64,000 bases of DNA from the sequence record NC_023557.1; one strand, written 5' to 3'. Under the pieces are notes generated by a model that was not told the DNA's origin, searched no databases, and was given only the letters and a program-made list of their open reading frames with translations. Numbering within the stretch: the stretch's first letter is position 1; the number at the start of each line of letters is the position of its first letter. The position numbers and the translations under genes are program-made. Shown piece after piece: positions 1 through 9,157 of this stretch.

Positions 1-315
1 GATCCATTGATTGCTGTAGAGCCATTGGCTTACCTGACCGGCTGGCTAATGGAGAAATGGATCTATGCGGTCTGGGAGAAGTTTAAAATCACGATTGCAA
101 CAACACCCACCGGCGAGATCTCATACAACGTGTTGTTTGACATGCTGTATCGGTTTAATGACCGCCGGCTGGCAGATCGTCTGTGTGAGCTCACCATGAC
201 ACAGATTCAGAGTGCTTTAGTTAGGGAGTCGATTAACAGTCTGAATAACGTGGCAGTGGTAAACGATATCGGCTGGTCCTCGACAACGTATCTGGATGGA
301 GTTAACAAGAAATGA
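1..315 (+). CDS. Hypothetical protein, probably 5'-truncated by the window edge
   Basis: Frame is open from base 1; its stop overlaps the next ATG (ATGA); C-terminus resembles that of 312..938. Confidence 0.6.
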   Translation, partial: DPLIAVEPLAYLTGWLMEKWIYAVWEKFKITIATTPTGEISYNVLFDMLYRFNDRRLADRLCELTMTQIQSALVRESINSLNNVAVVNDIGWSSTTYLDGVNKK

Positions 316-938
316 AGATGCCGGTCAGTCAGTATGTAGATAAGTTTCTATTAAGGCTGTTCCCTTATCCGCGGCAGTTTATCTTTGTCACCAGTGTTGC
401 GGATTTTGATGCGGTGGTTACCGAACTGGCACGTCGGCAGACTGCGGCTGGGATTAGCAATAAATGGCTGAGTCACAGAGGGCATTTCAAAGGGAATGGG
501 ATTTGTGCTTCGGGGAATCAGATCTGTGTATTAGGTGCGCTTTATGATACCGGCACACAGCTCAACCCAGCTAACATCGCCGGGACGATCGGTACCATGC
601 AACATGAAATCCAACACATGTTACTACATACCTGTGCGCAGATTGGTTATAACCCGATGCGCGAACACGAACCGTTTACGTATTTAACGAAGTGGGTGTT
701 TGAGTTGTTCCTGGCGTTTATGCGTAATTACCACGGCGTGATGATCACCGATGTGCAGCGGCAAGATACTGGTATGCTGAGTCGGTTGCAGAAGGGAGGG
801 GCTTTTGAGTTACTGCACGCCCTGCCCGTTGAAAATGTTCGAGATTCATTAGCAAGAGAATCTCGTGCATTATTAAACAACGCGGTGGTCGTCAGTCCTA
901 TTGGCGCATCCCGTTCCACAACCTATTTCGAATTATAA
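312..938 (+). CDS. Hypothetical protein with zincin-like HExxH motif
   Basis: QHEIQH followed by HEPFTYL, a pattern typical of small phage metallopeptidase-like proteins. Confidence 0.65.
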   Translation: MKMPVSQYVDKFLLRLFPYPRQFIFVTSVADFDAVVTELARRQTAAGISNKWLSHRGHFKGNGICASGNQICVLGALYDTGTQLNPANIAGTIGTMQHEIQHMLLHTCAQIGYNPMREHEPFTYLTKWVFELFLAFMRNYHGVMITDVQRQDTGMLSRLQKGGAFELLHALPVENVRDSLARESRALLNNAVVVSPIGASRSTTYFEL

Positions 939-987
939 TTAACCCGGCCAGGGAAACCTGGCCTGTATGTCAAAAAAGGAAAGTAAC

Positions 988-1689
988 ATGGGTATGTATA
1001 CCGGCGTCTCATTTCGTTTGAAGGTCAGAAAAAATGCACCCTTGCCGGTGTTAGAGTTCATGGATAAGTTCTTCATGGAAGGTGAAACACTGCAAGCAGT
1101 GAAAGACCTACAGAAAGAAACGGGTATCCAGTTCCAGTCCACAGCCATTGCATTACCGGGTGATCAGTTTCATTACAGTGAAATTGCCGATATGGTCATG
1201 ATGGTTCGCGGGCACTCTTCCAGTTTTGAAAGCTGGTACTGGCGTGTTAAAGAAGATAAGGGCGATTACTGGTTGTATGAAACCCGCGCCAATACCAAAC
1301 GCCCTCACCATGACCTGGCCGCCAACCTTATCCAGGCATTATTACCATGTCTGGTTATCGAAGAAGGTGAGGTGGTGTTGCGCTCCATTTATGAAGACAG
1401 CGCCCAAGAACGCGTTCTGGCATTGGTAAATGGCAAGATTATTGAGGAACGTGGTTATGAGTACGAGGATGAATACAATAGCCCGTGGAATGAAAAGGCG
1501 CCGATAGATTATGTCAAGGGTGATTTTGGTGCAATTGCACATATCCGCATCACGGAAGAAGAAGAGTTCACACCACCTTGGACTTTACAGGAACTGCGGG
1601 CCGGTGAAGAAAAAGCACGGTTAGAGAAAGAAGCTGAGCACGAACGGATACGGGCAGAAGGCGGTGGTTTCGGTTTCGGTGGTTGGTAG
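988..1689 (+). CDS. Phage hypothetical protein
   Basis: Long ORF; AAGGA SD before ATG 988 (MGMYTG...); ends GGGFGFGGW. Confidence 0.75.
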   Translation: MGMYTGVSFRLKVRKNAPLPVLEFMDKFFMEGETLQAVKDLQKETGIQFQSTAIALPGDQFHYSEIADMVMMVRGHSSSFESWYWRVKEDKGDYWLYETRANTKRPHHDLAANLIQALLPCLVIEEGEVVLRSIYEDSAQERVLALVNGKIIEERGYEYEDEYNSPWNEKAPIDYVKGDFGAIAHIRITEEEEFTPPWTLQELRAGEEKARLEKEAEHERIRAEGGGFGFGGW

Positions 1690-1754
1690 TTTTAATTAAT
1701 TTAACCTGACGTACAACACAGCAAACAATAACACAGATTAATTGAGGGTAGTTT

Positions 1755-2456
1755 ATGAACGGTATGAAGATGATGATTGGTTCCCTGCCACTGAGCAGCA
1801 TGATGGGTGGTAGTCGTTCAGACGCGGGTACTTTCAATCCTGCACCGCACGCTGTCCCTTTCCGCGCAGTTGGTGAGTACATCGCGGATGCGGCATTTGA
1901 GGATCGTGGGGTGTTGGTTTCTGCAGACGGGATCGTTGCTACTGTGCGCGCCAAAAAGATGACCTTCCAGGAAGCCGCAGATGCCCGCGGTGCAGCCACC
2001 GGACTGTATGCCATTATGTTCCCAGTCGCTAACGGGGCGAAAGACGATACTGTCGTGATCACCACTACCAGTCAGGCTGTGTTGTTTAACTTACTGGCAG
2101 TTGAAGATCTCCCTGATGAACTGTTTGTGCAGTTTGGTCTGGCAACGACTGCCGCGACGGTAAAAGCCATAACCAATGACAACAACGACCATATCCGGGT
2201 ACTGGCCAATGCCGGCGGTATCGCCCTAAGCAATACTTCCCCGTCCCATTTGATTGTGGACAAGCAGCGCAATCTGATCATCGGTCATATTGTAAAAGAA
2301 GGCGATGATCAAGCAGACTTCAGTATCTTCGCCGGCTCACGTAAATCCAAATCATCACAGGACTACATTATCAACGTGAGTACCGATGATAGTGATATCA
2401 TCAAGCATATCGTCCAAGCTACAGTGGAAGAGATTGCACTGGGAGACGCGGTCTAG
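1755..2456 (+). CDS. Hypothetical protein
   Basis: 233-aa ORF with GAGGG SD. Confidence 0.75.
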   Translation: MNGMKMMIGSLPLSSMMGGSRSDAGTFNPAPHAVPFRAVGEYIADAAFEDRGVLVSADGIVATVRAKKMTFQEAADARGAATGLYAIMFPVANGAKDDTVVITTTSQAVLFNLLAVEDLPDELFVQFGLATTAATVKAITNDNNDHIRVLANAGGIALSNTSPSHLIVDKQRNLIIGHIVKEGDDQADFSIFAGSRKSKSSQDYIINVSTDDSDIIKHIVQATVEEIALGDAV

Positions 2457-2524
2457 TCTGTAATTGCAGACAAAACCGGCGGATGATATAGCACCAGAAA
2501 TTAACCGGAAGTAGGAGTAAAAGA

Positions 2525-3172
2525 ATGTCAGTCATGACAGGTGGTTTTGGCGCAATCAATGCGCTAATGTCCAACGGCCGCCCGACTCAGGGCGCCATGG
2601 AGTATTTTAACAATCAGTATCAGGGCATGCTGCAAGCAGCGCAGCAAGTGGGTAGTGTAGCGATGCAGCAGATCTATCAGATCGCAACACACACCTATGA
2701 GAACCTGATGCAGACCCGTCCGTGGGAACTGGCAGAAGCAGCGTTGCGTCAAACAGTGCACATGTTTGACCCGAACACGGTTCGTCAGCTTCTCAACCTG
2801 GCTGATATGCAAACCGCCAAACCGATCATGCAGCGGTGGGTGATGGCGCAACCGGATATCCGTCAGATGTATCATCAGCAGCGTATCGATGGTTACAGCG
2901 AAACGTATGAAGATGCCCAGCCAGGGATGGTAGGTGTAGACCATTATGATTATCGTCGTGCAGCAAACGGCATGTTGCAGTTTGCACACACTGAAGAGGT
3001 GCCGATGGCGTCTTGGCAGGCGACGACCTATTATGAGCGTCTGGTAGAAGGTGATAACGAACTGTCGTTCCATGAGAAGCGTGACATCCATGTAACCTGG
3101 GATGCGTGTCTGAATCTGATGAACACACAGGCGTATGATCCGACCTCCATCTTCAACATGAAGCTGGCGTAA
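2525..3172 (+). CDS. Hypothetical protein (likely conserved in phiKZ-like phages)
   Basis: 215-aa ORF with AGGAG SD, followed by a hairpin. Confidence 0.75.
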   Translation: MSVMTGGFGAINALMSNGRPTQGAMEYFNNQYQGMLQAAQQVGSVAMQQIYQIATHTYENLMQTRPWELAEAALRQTVHMFDPNTVRQLLNLADMQTAKPIMQRWVMAQPDIRQMYHQQRIDGYSETYEDAQPGMVGVDHYDYRRAANGMLQFAHTEEVPMASWQATTYYERLVEGDNELSFHEKRDIHVTWDACLNLMNTQAYDPTSIFNMKLA

Positions 3173-3180
3173 GTTAATCG

Positions 3181-3208
3181 GAGGAGGGGTAGCCCTCCTC
3201 TTATGCCG
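3181..3208 (+). terminator. Hairpin followed by TTATGCCG
   Basis: GAGGAGGG-gtag-CCCTCCTC then TTATGCCG. Confidence 0.65.
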
Positions 3209-3220
3209 TTTGAGGGTAGC

Positions 3221-3445
3221 ATGGCAAAAAAGGAACTCACGATGAAGCGACTTCAGATAGACATCTCTGAACAGGGCTTTAGCAAACTCAATGCACTCAA
3301 GGTGAAAATGGAAACCACTGCCATGGGTAGCGTTGTCAGCCGCGCCTTATCGATTACCGATCGTTTGTTCACCGCCAAGGAGAAAGGCAGTAAGATCCTG
3401 ATTGTGGATAAAGACGGCAACGTCACCGAAATCGAATTACTGTAG
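3221..3445 (+). CDS. Ribbon-helix-helix (CopG-like) DNA-binding protein
   Basis: KRLQIDISEQGFSKLNALK...SVVSRAL fits an RHH beta-alpha-alpha pattern; GAGGG SD before ATG 3221. Confidence 0.55.
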   Translation: MAKKELTMKRLQIDISEQGFSKLNALKVKMETTAMGSVVSRALSITDRLFTAKEKGSKILIVDKDGNVTEIELL

Positions 3446-3453
3446 AGGTTAAC

Positions 3454-3681
3454 ATGGCTTGGTCCAAACGCCGTGCAAAGAAACGCATCATTCACTTACG
3501 TGGTTTTCATTATCGTGTTCAATCACGTAGTATCGCAATCTGGGAACAGTATCGCGAATATCATCAAAATCGACCATTTGGATCTGGCGTTGGTTTATTG
3601 ATGTTACTTGACCCTGAAACTGGTTGCCCAATAGGAGCTCATCGTGGCCTTAAGCAAAACAAAAATAAAGCGTCGTACTAA
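3454..3681 (+). CDS. Small basic hypothetical protein
   Basis: GAGG SD; K/R-rich N-terminus. Confidence 0.6.
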   Translation: MAWSKRRAKKRIIHLRGFHYRVQSRSIAIWEQYREYHQNRPFGSGVGLLMLLDPETGCPIGAHRGLKQNKNKASY

Positions 3682-3928
3682 TGCGCTGTATAACTACAAA
3701 ACGCTGGTTGAACGCATTAGCTATAAATGCATGATAGCCCACATCGATGCTCAGGGCATCAAGCTTGAATTGAACCGCACGGGTTCGTCAATTAAAAGTG
3801 AAGACATTCCTGCTGCAAAAGAAGCCCGTCTTGCATTGAAACGCGAAATCGTCCGTCTGCGGAATATCCAGGGGCGTCGTCGTATCGTGAATGCCGGTAA
3901 GATCAAAGCGGCAATCAGCCAGTATTAA
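3644..3928 (+). CDS. Small basic hypothetical protein
   Basis: AGGAG SD 6 nt before GTG 3644; followed by a terminator. Confidence 0.6.
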   Translation: MALSKTKIKRRTNALYNYKTLVERISYKCMIAHIDAQGIKLELNRTGSSIKSEDIPAAKEARLALKREIVRLRNIQGRRRIVNAGKIKAAISQY

Positions 3929-3931
3929 TAG

Positions 3932-3959
3932 AAGGGACTTCGGTCCCTTTATTTTTTTT
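3932..3959 (+). terminator. Intrinsic terminator
   Basis: AAGGGAC-ttcg-GTCCCTT plus T-rich tract. Confidence 0.85.
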
Positions 3960-3984
3960 GTCTTGAATAATGAAATTTTTACGC

Positions 3985-4023
3985 TGTAGAAAATCTTAGA
4001 CCTATATAACGGCACTGATAGAG
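3985..4023 (+). promoter_or_regulatory. Putative early (virion RNAP) promoter
   Basis: TGTAGAAAATCTTAGACCTATATAAC-N5-TGATAG, near-identical at 4591 and 27235; core resembles the phiKZ early TATATTAC motif. Confidence 0.65.
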
Positions 4024-4050
4024 TAATCTAAATTAACTTACGAGGTTATC

Positions 4051-4581
4051 ATGAAAAACACTACTTTTCTAATTGAGACCCTGAAACGTACCTTGGAAGA
4101 GCTGGACCAGGCAACGTTATCAACTGAAGAAAAAATTGAATTAACCACCATGGTTGAGAAAGAACATTTTGCTAAGCTGTTCGGTGTCCGCGCAGAAGAA
4201 ACCACTCAGTTAAGTGAGCGCGATTTCTCTAAACTGACCGGTTATCAGTACAACAGTGTTTACGCGGGGTTAGATTTGGTTGGTAATTTTGACTGGGTAA
4301 TCACGGCGGATGGCGCAGTCGTAACAAGAGAAATGCCTCATCACGGCAGTAACCATTGGTTGCCACCGCGCAGGCAATTTATATTCAGACTGATCGATGA
4401 AGGTCGTGAAATACTTAATGAAGGCACTAGACTGCTTGTTATCAGAATTGAGAACACCATCACCAAAGAGGTCTTTTCAATTAACTTTGAAGTTGCTGAT
4501 ATTCAAATCGGCAGTGCGGTTGTTAAAATGGTTGAGCGTTATCTGTTCGATTATTACAGGGTCAGCGTCAAGAAACTGTAA
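4051..4581 (+). CDS. Hypothetical early protein
   Basis: 176-aa ORF with GAGG SD, downstream of the repeated promoter motif. Confidence 0.75.
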   Translation: MKNTTFLIETLKRTLEELDQATLSTEEKIELTTMVEKEHFAKLFGVRAEETTQLSERDFSKLTGYQYNSVYAGLDLVGNFDWVITADGAVVTREMPHHGSNHWLPPRRQFIFRLIDEGREILNEGTRLLVIRIENTITKEVFSINFEVADIQIGSAVVKMVERYLFDYYRVSVKKL

Positions 4582-4590
4582 AATATGAGT

Positions 4591-4629
4591 TGTAGAAAAT
4601 CTCAGACCTATATGACTGTGGTGATAAAG
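4591..4629 (+). promoter_or_regulatory. Putative early promoter
   Basis: TGTAGAAAATCTCAGACCTATATGAC-N5-TGATAA. Confidence 0.65.
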
Positions 4630-4672
4630 AGTAGTAAATACTCTTGCCCTCACTCTACTTAGGAGTTTACTC

Positions 4673-4969
4673 ATGAGCACTGTCTTCGAATACCGCAACA
4701 TTATTAAAGATGCTCGTGCTAAAATTGCTGAGCTTGAAGAAAAGATCGTGAAACTTCGTAAGAAGCAAACACGAGTAGATAACAAATACGGCAGTTGTAA
4801 TAGCTTTGCTGAACTCTCTGCAAACCTGCGAGAGTCTACCCGGTTTGACAGAGCGATTGCTGAAATAAAAACTGAAATCGGTGAACTCGATAAATTAATT
4901 TATCGTACTGGTGAACTACTCATCGCTGCGTATAACAAATCAACCAACATGCAACCTATTGGTTGGTAA
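4673..4969 (+). CDS. Hypothetical coiled-coil early protein
   Basis: AGGAG SD; heptad-like helices. Confidence 0.75.
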   Translation: MSTVFEYRNIIKDARAKIAELEEKIVKLRKKQTRVDNKYGSCNSFAELSANLRESTRFDRAIAEIKTEIGELDKLIYRTGELLIAAYNKSTNMQPIGW

Positions 4970-5010
4970 CTAACATCAATTTAATTTAACCTATTGTAAG
5001 GATCACCATC

Positions 5011-5301
5011 ATGACTGTAACTTTCTCTCAGCAAATGCAGGTTGTCGAATCTATCGCTGTGATGCAGGAAAAAGCAATGGAACTGCAAGTTGCTACCAAA
5101 GCGTGTTACGACGAAGTCACCCGTCTGGCCAACCGACTGGCTGACATCAACGATCCACTCGGCTTTCAGAAAGCCTATGAAGAATATCGTACCAAGCTGG
5201 CAGAAGCGGATGTATTAGCCGATGCTACTCGCCTGGCTTACAATATGTCAGACGCTGCACTGAAAACCATCCTGGGTGAAGCTAACCCAACCTTTCATTA
5301 A
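5011..5301 (+). CDS. Hypothetical helical early protein
   Basis: AAGGA SD; 96 aa. Confidence 0.75.
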   Translation: MTVTFSQQMQVVESIAVMQEKAMELQVATKACYDEVTRLANRLADINDPLGFQKAYEEYRTKLAEADVLADATRLAYNMSDAALKTILGEANPTFH

Positions 5302-5340
5302 TAGTTAATTACTCATCGTCATTACGCCCCGGAGAAACTC

Positions 5341-5550
5341 ATGAGCGATTTTATTAGCAACCTGTTCGAAATCGCTATTGCAGTTTTTTCTGTAGTGGCG
5401 ATGGTTAAATTGATTAAATCTGATAATGCCTATATTGCAGAAACAGTTCGTATCATCGATGCCTGCGCTTCTTTACAGGAAGGGCAAGTGATCCAGGGCG
5501 AAGTGGTTAACACCAACACCCAGACAACCAACTTATACATCACCCATTAA
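5341..5550 (+). CDS. Small membrane-anchored hypothetical protein
   Basis: GGAG SD; hydrophobic LFEIAIAVFSVVAMV segment. Confidence 0.65.
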   Translation: MSDFISNLFEIAIAVFSVVAMVKLIKSDNAYIAETVRIIDACASLQEGQVIQGEVVNTNTQTTNLYITH

Positions 5551-5572
5551 TCTACTTGTAAGGAATACACCT

Positions 5573-6034
5573 ATGTCAAACTCTATGTTCATCTGCCTGT
5601 CACTGTTAGCGGTTATCTCTGTCTCTGGTGGTATCGCCTTTGCCAAGAGCCTGTCACCGACCCATGCCATGATGACCGCCTTTGCTTACTTACGTGAGCA
5701 ACTCGGTGATGACGCAACACAGTACGAATACGATAAACGCTCACACCTTCTTTGCATGACAAACCTGGTGGAAACTAACTATGCCCTGGTCTGCGGTAAG
5801 CACTTTGAACGCGCAGAACAAAAACGTGCATGGTTAGTTAAGGAAGCAGAAGAGATCCAGCTCACCCCGCGTCAACAACTGATGCTGCTGGACTCCTTAC
5901 TGAACCTGAACACCCGTCCTGAACAAGCAAAGAAAATTGTTAAAGTACGTTCAACCAAAGAGATCGTTGACTTGGCTGCGCAGTATGCGAGCGACAACCG
6001 TCGTATCGAAGCTCCGCTGGCCTTGTTCCGCTAA
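5573..6034 (+). CDS. Hypothetical protein with N-terminal signal or TM segment
   Basis: MFICLSLLAVISVSGGIAFA; AAGGA SD. Confidence 0.7.
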   Translation: MSNSMFICLSLLAVISVSGGIAFAKSLSPTHAMMTAFAYLREQLGDDATQYEYDKRSHLLCMTNLVETNYALVCGKHFERAEQKRAWLVKEAEEIQLTPRQQLMLLDSLLNLNTRPEQAKKIVKVRSTKEIVDLAAQYASDNRRIEAPLALFR

Positions 6035-6068
6035 TGTAAGCTGTAGTGTATTGGTCACCTCATGACCG

Positions 6069-6102
6069 GAGCTCACCCTAACCGGTGGGCTCTTTTTTTT
6101 TT
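6069..6102 (+). terminator. Intrinsic terminator
   Basis: GAGCTCACC...GGTGGGCTC hairpin plus T10. Confidence 0.85.
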
Positions 6103-6125
6103 GTCTTCTTTTTTTTTGTTCGGGG

Positions 6126-6134
6126 ATTATATGT
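6126..6134 (+). promoter_or_regulatory. Candidate late promoter (TATG core)
   Basis: ATTATATGT, identical at 61457; phiKZ late promoters carry TATG at the start site. Confidence 0.35.
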
Positions 6135-6159
6135 AGTCCATATTAGCTAAGAGGACATT

Positions 6160-6564
6160 ATGGCAGAGCGTGTAGTTCCAACCATGTCCGTAACCGGGTA
6201 CGTAACCGGCGTGACTGAAACCATTGACCGGATGTTTGCCTACTGGCTGACCGCACAATACTCTCAAACGTATCTTGCTCGCGGTAACATTCACTCCCTT
6301 CAATATTTGATCCAGCAGTATGACGGTAACCCAGAACGTCTGTGTGATGCGGTGGTGAAAGACCTCAAGAACTATTTTACGGGTCCGTTTGATGCCGCCA
6401 CGGTTACCTGTAATCCACGTTATGCGACCAGTGAGCGTGATGAGAAGTTCTATATGCTGGAGATCGATATCAAAGTCTCTAATGGCGATATCGGTTATGA
6501 TGTTGGTCGCCGTCTGCTAGAGATTGAAGACGGTATCTTTAAACGCATTGTAGGTACTCTGTAA
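6160..6564 (+). CDS. Putative virion structural protein (possibly gp25-like baseplate/sheath initiator fold)
   Basis: 134 aa, helix followed by alternating beta strands; GAGGA SD; fold call is inference only. Confidence 0.45.
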   Translation: MAERVVPTMSVTGYVTGVTETIDRMFAYWLTAQYSQTYLARGNIHSLQYLIQQYDGNPERLCDAVVKDLKNYFTGPFDAATVTCNPRYATSERDEKFYMLEIDIKVSNGDIGYDVGRRLLEIEDGIFKRIVGTL

Positions 6565-7166
6565 TGGCACAAACCGAACACGATAAAATGATGCACCAGC
6601 GGGCAGGGTCGATTGAGCGTCGACTGGCACAGGCCGCCCAGCATGAACGTAATCCCCAAATCCAGGAAGCGGAGTTCACACGGGTATTCCTGCCGATGTT
6701 TGTTGGCGGGGGCGAATACATTAATCAGGATGCTTGGGTAGCGGTTGCCGGTTCTGTTAATAATGAAGTCGATGTCTTCCGCGGGCAAGAGTATCTTTAT
6801 ACCCTGCCAGCCTTAGCCATCCCGATTCGCTCTGAGATCTCCAGTCGTAGCCAGAATGGTCGCATGGGTGATAACTGGATGGGCACAGGCTTAAACGCCG
6901 CAGACGATCCAGGCTCAATTGAGAGCGTGATGTCGATCGATGCCAAGGGCAAACAGGTTGCGTTAGCCAGTACTGCTGAGGAGCACATGGCACGCTGGGA
7001 TGAGGTGTTCAAACGTTACGGGCTGGACTACCGCGTAATCCGTGCTGACCTCCATGAACGTAAAACAGGTCAGAAAGTTAATCCCAACATTATCGATCAA
7101 TCAGATAAGGCATTAGCGACTAAACAGGTTGAGCTCGATGACAACGGTGATTACGAAGACTACTAA
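6564..7166 (+). CDS. Hypothetical protein
   Basis: TAATG coupling to the upstream gene; 200 aa with acidic C-terminus. Confidence 0.75.
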   Translation: MAQTEHDKMMHQRAGSIERRLAQAAQHERNPQIQEAEFTRVFLPMFVGGGEYINQDAWVAVAGSVNNEVDVFRGQEYLYTLPALAIPIRSEISSRSQNGRMGDNWMGTGLNAADDPGSIESVMSIDAKGKQVALASTAEEHMARWDEVFKRYGLDYRVIRADLHERKTGQKVNPNIIDQSDKALATKQVELDDNGDYEDY

Positions 7167-7176
7167 AAAACCTGGC

Positions 7177-8283
7177 ATGGTACGGATTATTCAGACAGGC
7201 GATATTCACCTCTGTCATAAGCGCACCCCAACGGCGAACATTATCCGTACACTGAACTATATCTTTTATGAAAACGAATCCTTGGCTGAAACTGACCTTA
7301 TCATCCTTGCCGGGGATGTCTGGGATACTTTGGTAACCATGCCTAATGACGATGCATTATTAGCTCGTCAATGGATTCGTAAGTTTGTCGAAGATTGCGC
7401 ATACCACAATGTGATCTTAGATGTGTTAGAAGGCACTCCTGATCATGATTGGGAGCAGTCTTCTGAATTCACCCTCTTTGAAACCAATTGTGAAGTGCGC
7501 TACATCAAAACCCTGCAGATTGTCCGTCATGAGCACTTGGATTTAAATATCCTTTATGTGCCCGATGAATGGCGCCCAACCATCGAAGCGATCTGGGAAG
7601 ATGTGTGTGTGGCGATGACTGGAGCTGGACTGGATAAGGTGGATGTCGCAGTGGTGCACGGGGGATTTGATTTTAACTTCCCGCCGGAGTACAACATCAA
7701 AGGCCACAGCGCTGAGCGCTTTAGTAGCATTGTCAAACATGCGGTGTTTGCTAACCACATCCACAAAGCCCAAAGCTTTATGAAAGTGCACGGTCCAGGT
7801 TCACCGGATCGATTAGCACAGGGTGAGGAAGGGGACAAAGGTTACCATCGGGTGGTGATTGATCAGAAGACCGATCAGATGCGCATCCAGTGGATTAAGA
7901 ACCCACATGCCTGGACCCATATCGCACTCAACGTTGCGGGTATGTCAGTTGAGGAGATCGTCGCCAAAGCCAAAGCGATCGCAGCACCACTAAGAGCCGG
8001 CAGTTATCTGCGTTTTGATAACGGTGATCCCTTAGTGGTGAAAGCGGTACTGTGGGCATTGAAAGCAGAAATCCCGCATGTGATCTTGGAATACAAAAAC
8101 AAGAAGCAAGCAGGGATCACGCAAACGCACCAAACTTATGCCAAGAAGTTTTCTGGCACCCACATTAACCGCAACAATGCCAAAGAGTCGATCGTCGGCT
8201 GGTTGCAGGGTAAGGGGTTAACGGACGACTCACAGGGTCAGTATTTAAGTGATATCTTACAGCGCGCCATGGCGCTGAAGTAG
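7177..8283 (+). CDS. sbcD: SbcD/Mre11-family metallophosphoesterase nuclease
   Basis: GDIH, GDVWD, GTPDHD, VHGG, NHIH and PGS motifs in the canonical order; start could be 7138. Confidence 0.85.
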   Translation: MVRIIQTGDIHLCHKRTPTANIIRTLNYIFYENESLAETDLIILAGDVWDTLVTMPNDDALLARQWIRKFVEDCAYHNVILDVLEGTPDHDWEQSSEFTLFETNCEVRYIKTLQIVRHEHLDLNILYVPDEWRPTIEAIWEDVCVAMTGAGLDKVDVAVVHGGFDFNFPPEYNIKGHSAERFSSIVKHAVFANHIHKAQSFMKVHGPGSPDRLAQGEEGDKGYHRVVIDQKTDQMRIQWIKNPHAWTHIALNVAGMSVEEIVAKAKAIAAPLRAGSYLRFDNGDPLVVKAVLWALKAEIPHVILEYKNKKQAGITQTHQTYAKKFSGTHINRNNAKESIVGWLQGKGLTDDSQGQYLSDILQRAMALK

Positions 8284-8293
8284 TGAGGGTGTT

Positions 8294-9094
8294 ATGGCTG
8301 ACAGGACCATGGGGATCTTGCCGATGTCAGTCGGCACCTCCCTTTCATTTGAAGCATTAATGGCAAAACCCATTGAACCGATTGAAACCTTGGTGTTGAA
8401 CATCGGGACCATCTTTCGTAATGTCTATCAGGCGTATGATACCGATGACCGCGATCGCTTAGGGATTGATAAGTTGCATGACGATATGATTGCAGACATG
8501 TCAGCGATTTATGACATCTTAAAAGACATCGGGAAAGCGGGCGTGCCAGATTACAAACTGTATCACGGGCGTTATGAACGGTTAGCTTCCGCCTTTCCAC
8601 TGGCGAAGATCTGGGAGCCTTCTTCGGATATTCAGAAGACGTACGCACGGCTTGAACGCAACGTCCTGGAGAAGGTGATCAAGACAATGCGGGGGTTAGT
8701 GCAAGAGGTGGATCACACCTTACCGATTTCCGTAAAGAATACCTATGTGATGACCCATCACATCGTAGACCTGGTTGTGCCGGCTGGTTACGGTGAAATT
8801 ACGTTGGTGGAATCCCATACAGGTGCCTTGAAGAAGAAACCGTTATGGCACACCAAACTCACCAACGGGCGTTCGCTTGAGCGTATTCCGTTTAACCGAC
8901 TGACCTTGCAGGTGTTCGGTGATAACTCTGTAAACTTCAAAGCCAACAGCTTTAAATACAAAGCGGCACTGATGAAGCTTGCAGAGGAGAACAAGTGGAC
9001 ACCCATGGCAACCCGTGATCGTATCAAGCTTGGCATTGAAACGTTAAAGGACGCGCAGCTGAAAGCGGACTTGTCAAAAATGCTCAGTGTATAA
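8294..9094 (+). CDS. Hypothetical protein (core-block position; possible 5'-nuclease-like fold)
   Basis: 266 aa with GAGGG SD, between the nuclease and the ChmC-like gene; fold is a guess. Confidence 0.6.
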   Translation: MADRTMGILPMSVGTSLSFEALMAKPIEPIETLVLNIGTIFRNVYQAYDTDDRDRLGIDKLHDDMIADMSAIYDILKDIGKAGVPDYKLYHGRYERLASAFPLAKIWEPSSDIQKTYARLERNVLEKVIKTMRGLVQEVDHTLPISVKNTYVMTHHIVDLVVPAGYGEITLVESHTGALKKKPLWHTKLTNGRSLERIPFNRLTLQVFGDNSVNFKANSFKYKAALMKLAEENKWTPMATRDRIKLGIETLKDAQLKADLSKMLSV

Positions 9095-9157
9095 ATCAAC
9101 ATAACTGCTCTAACTTTATAGAGCAGTATAACTAATTAGTCCTAAAAGGAGCAACAC

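Noticed and set aside
7129-7176. ORF-track start of the nuclease at 7129
   Set aside because: Overlaps the upstream gene with no SD; the conserved GDIH motif begins shortly after ATG 7177
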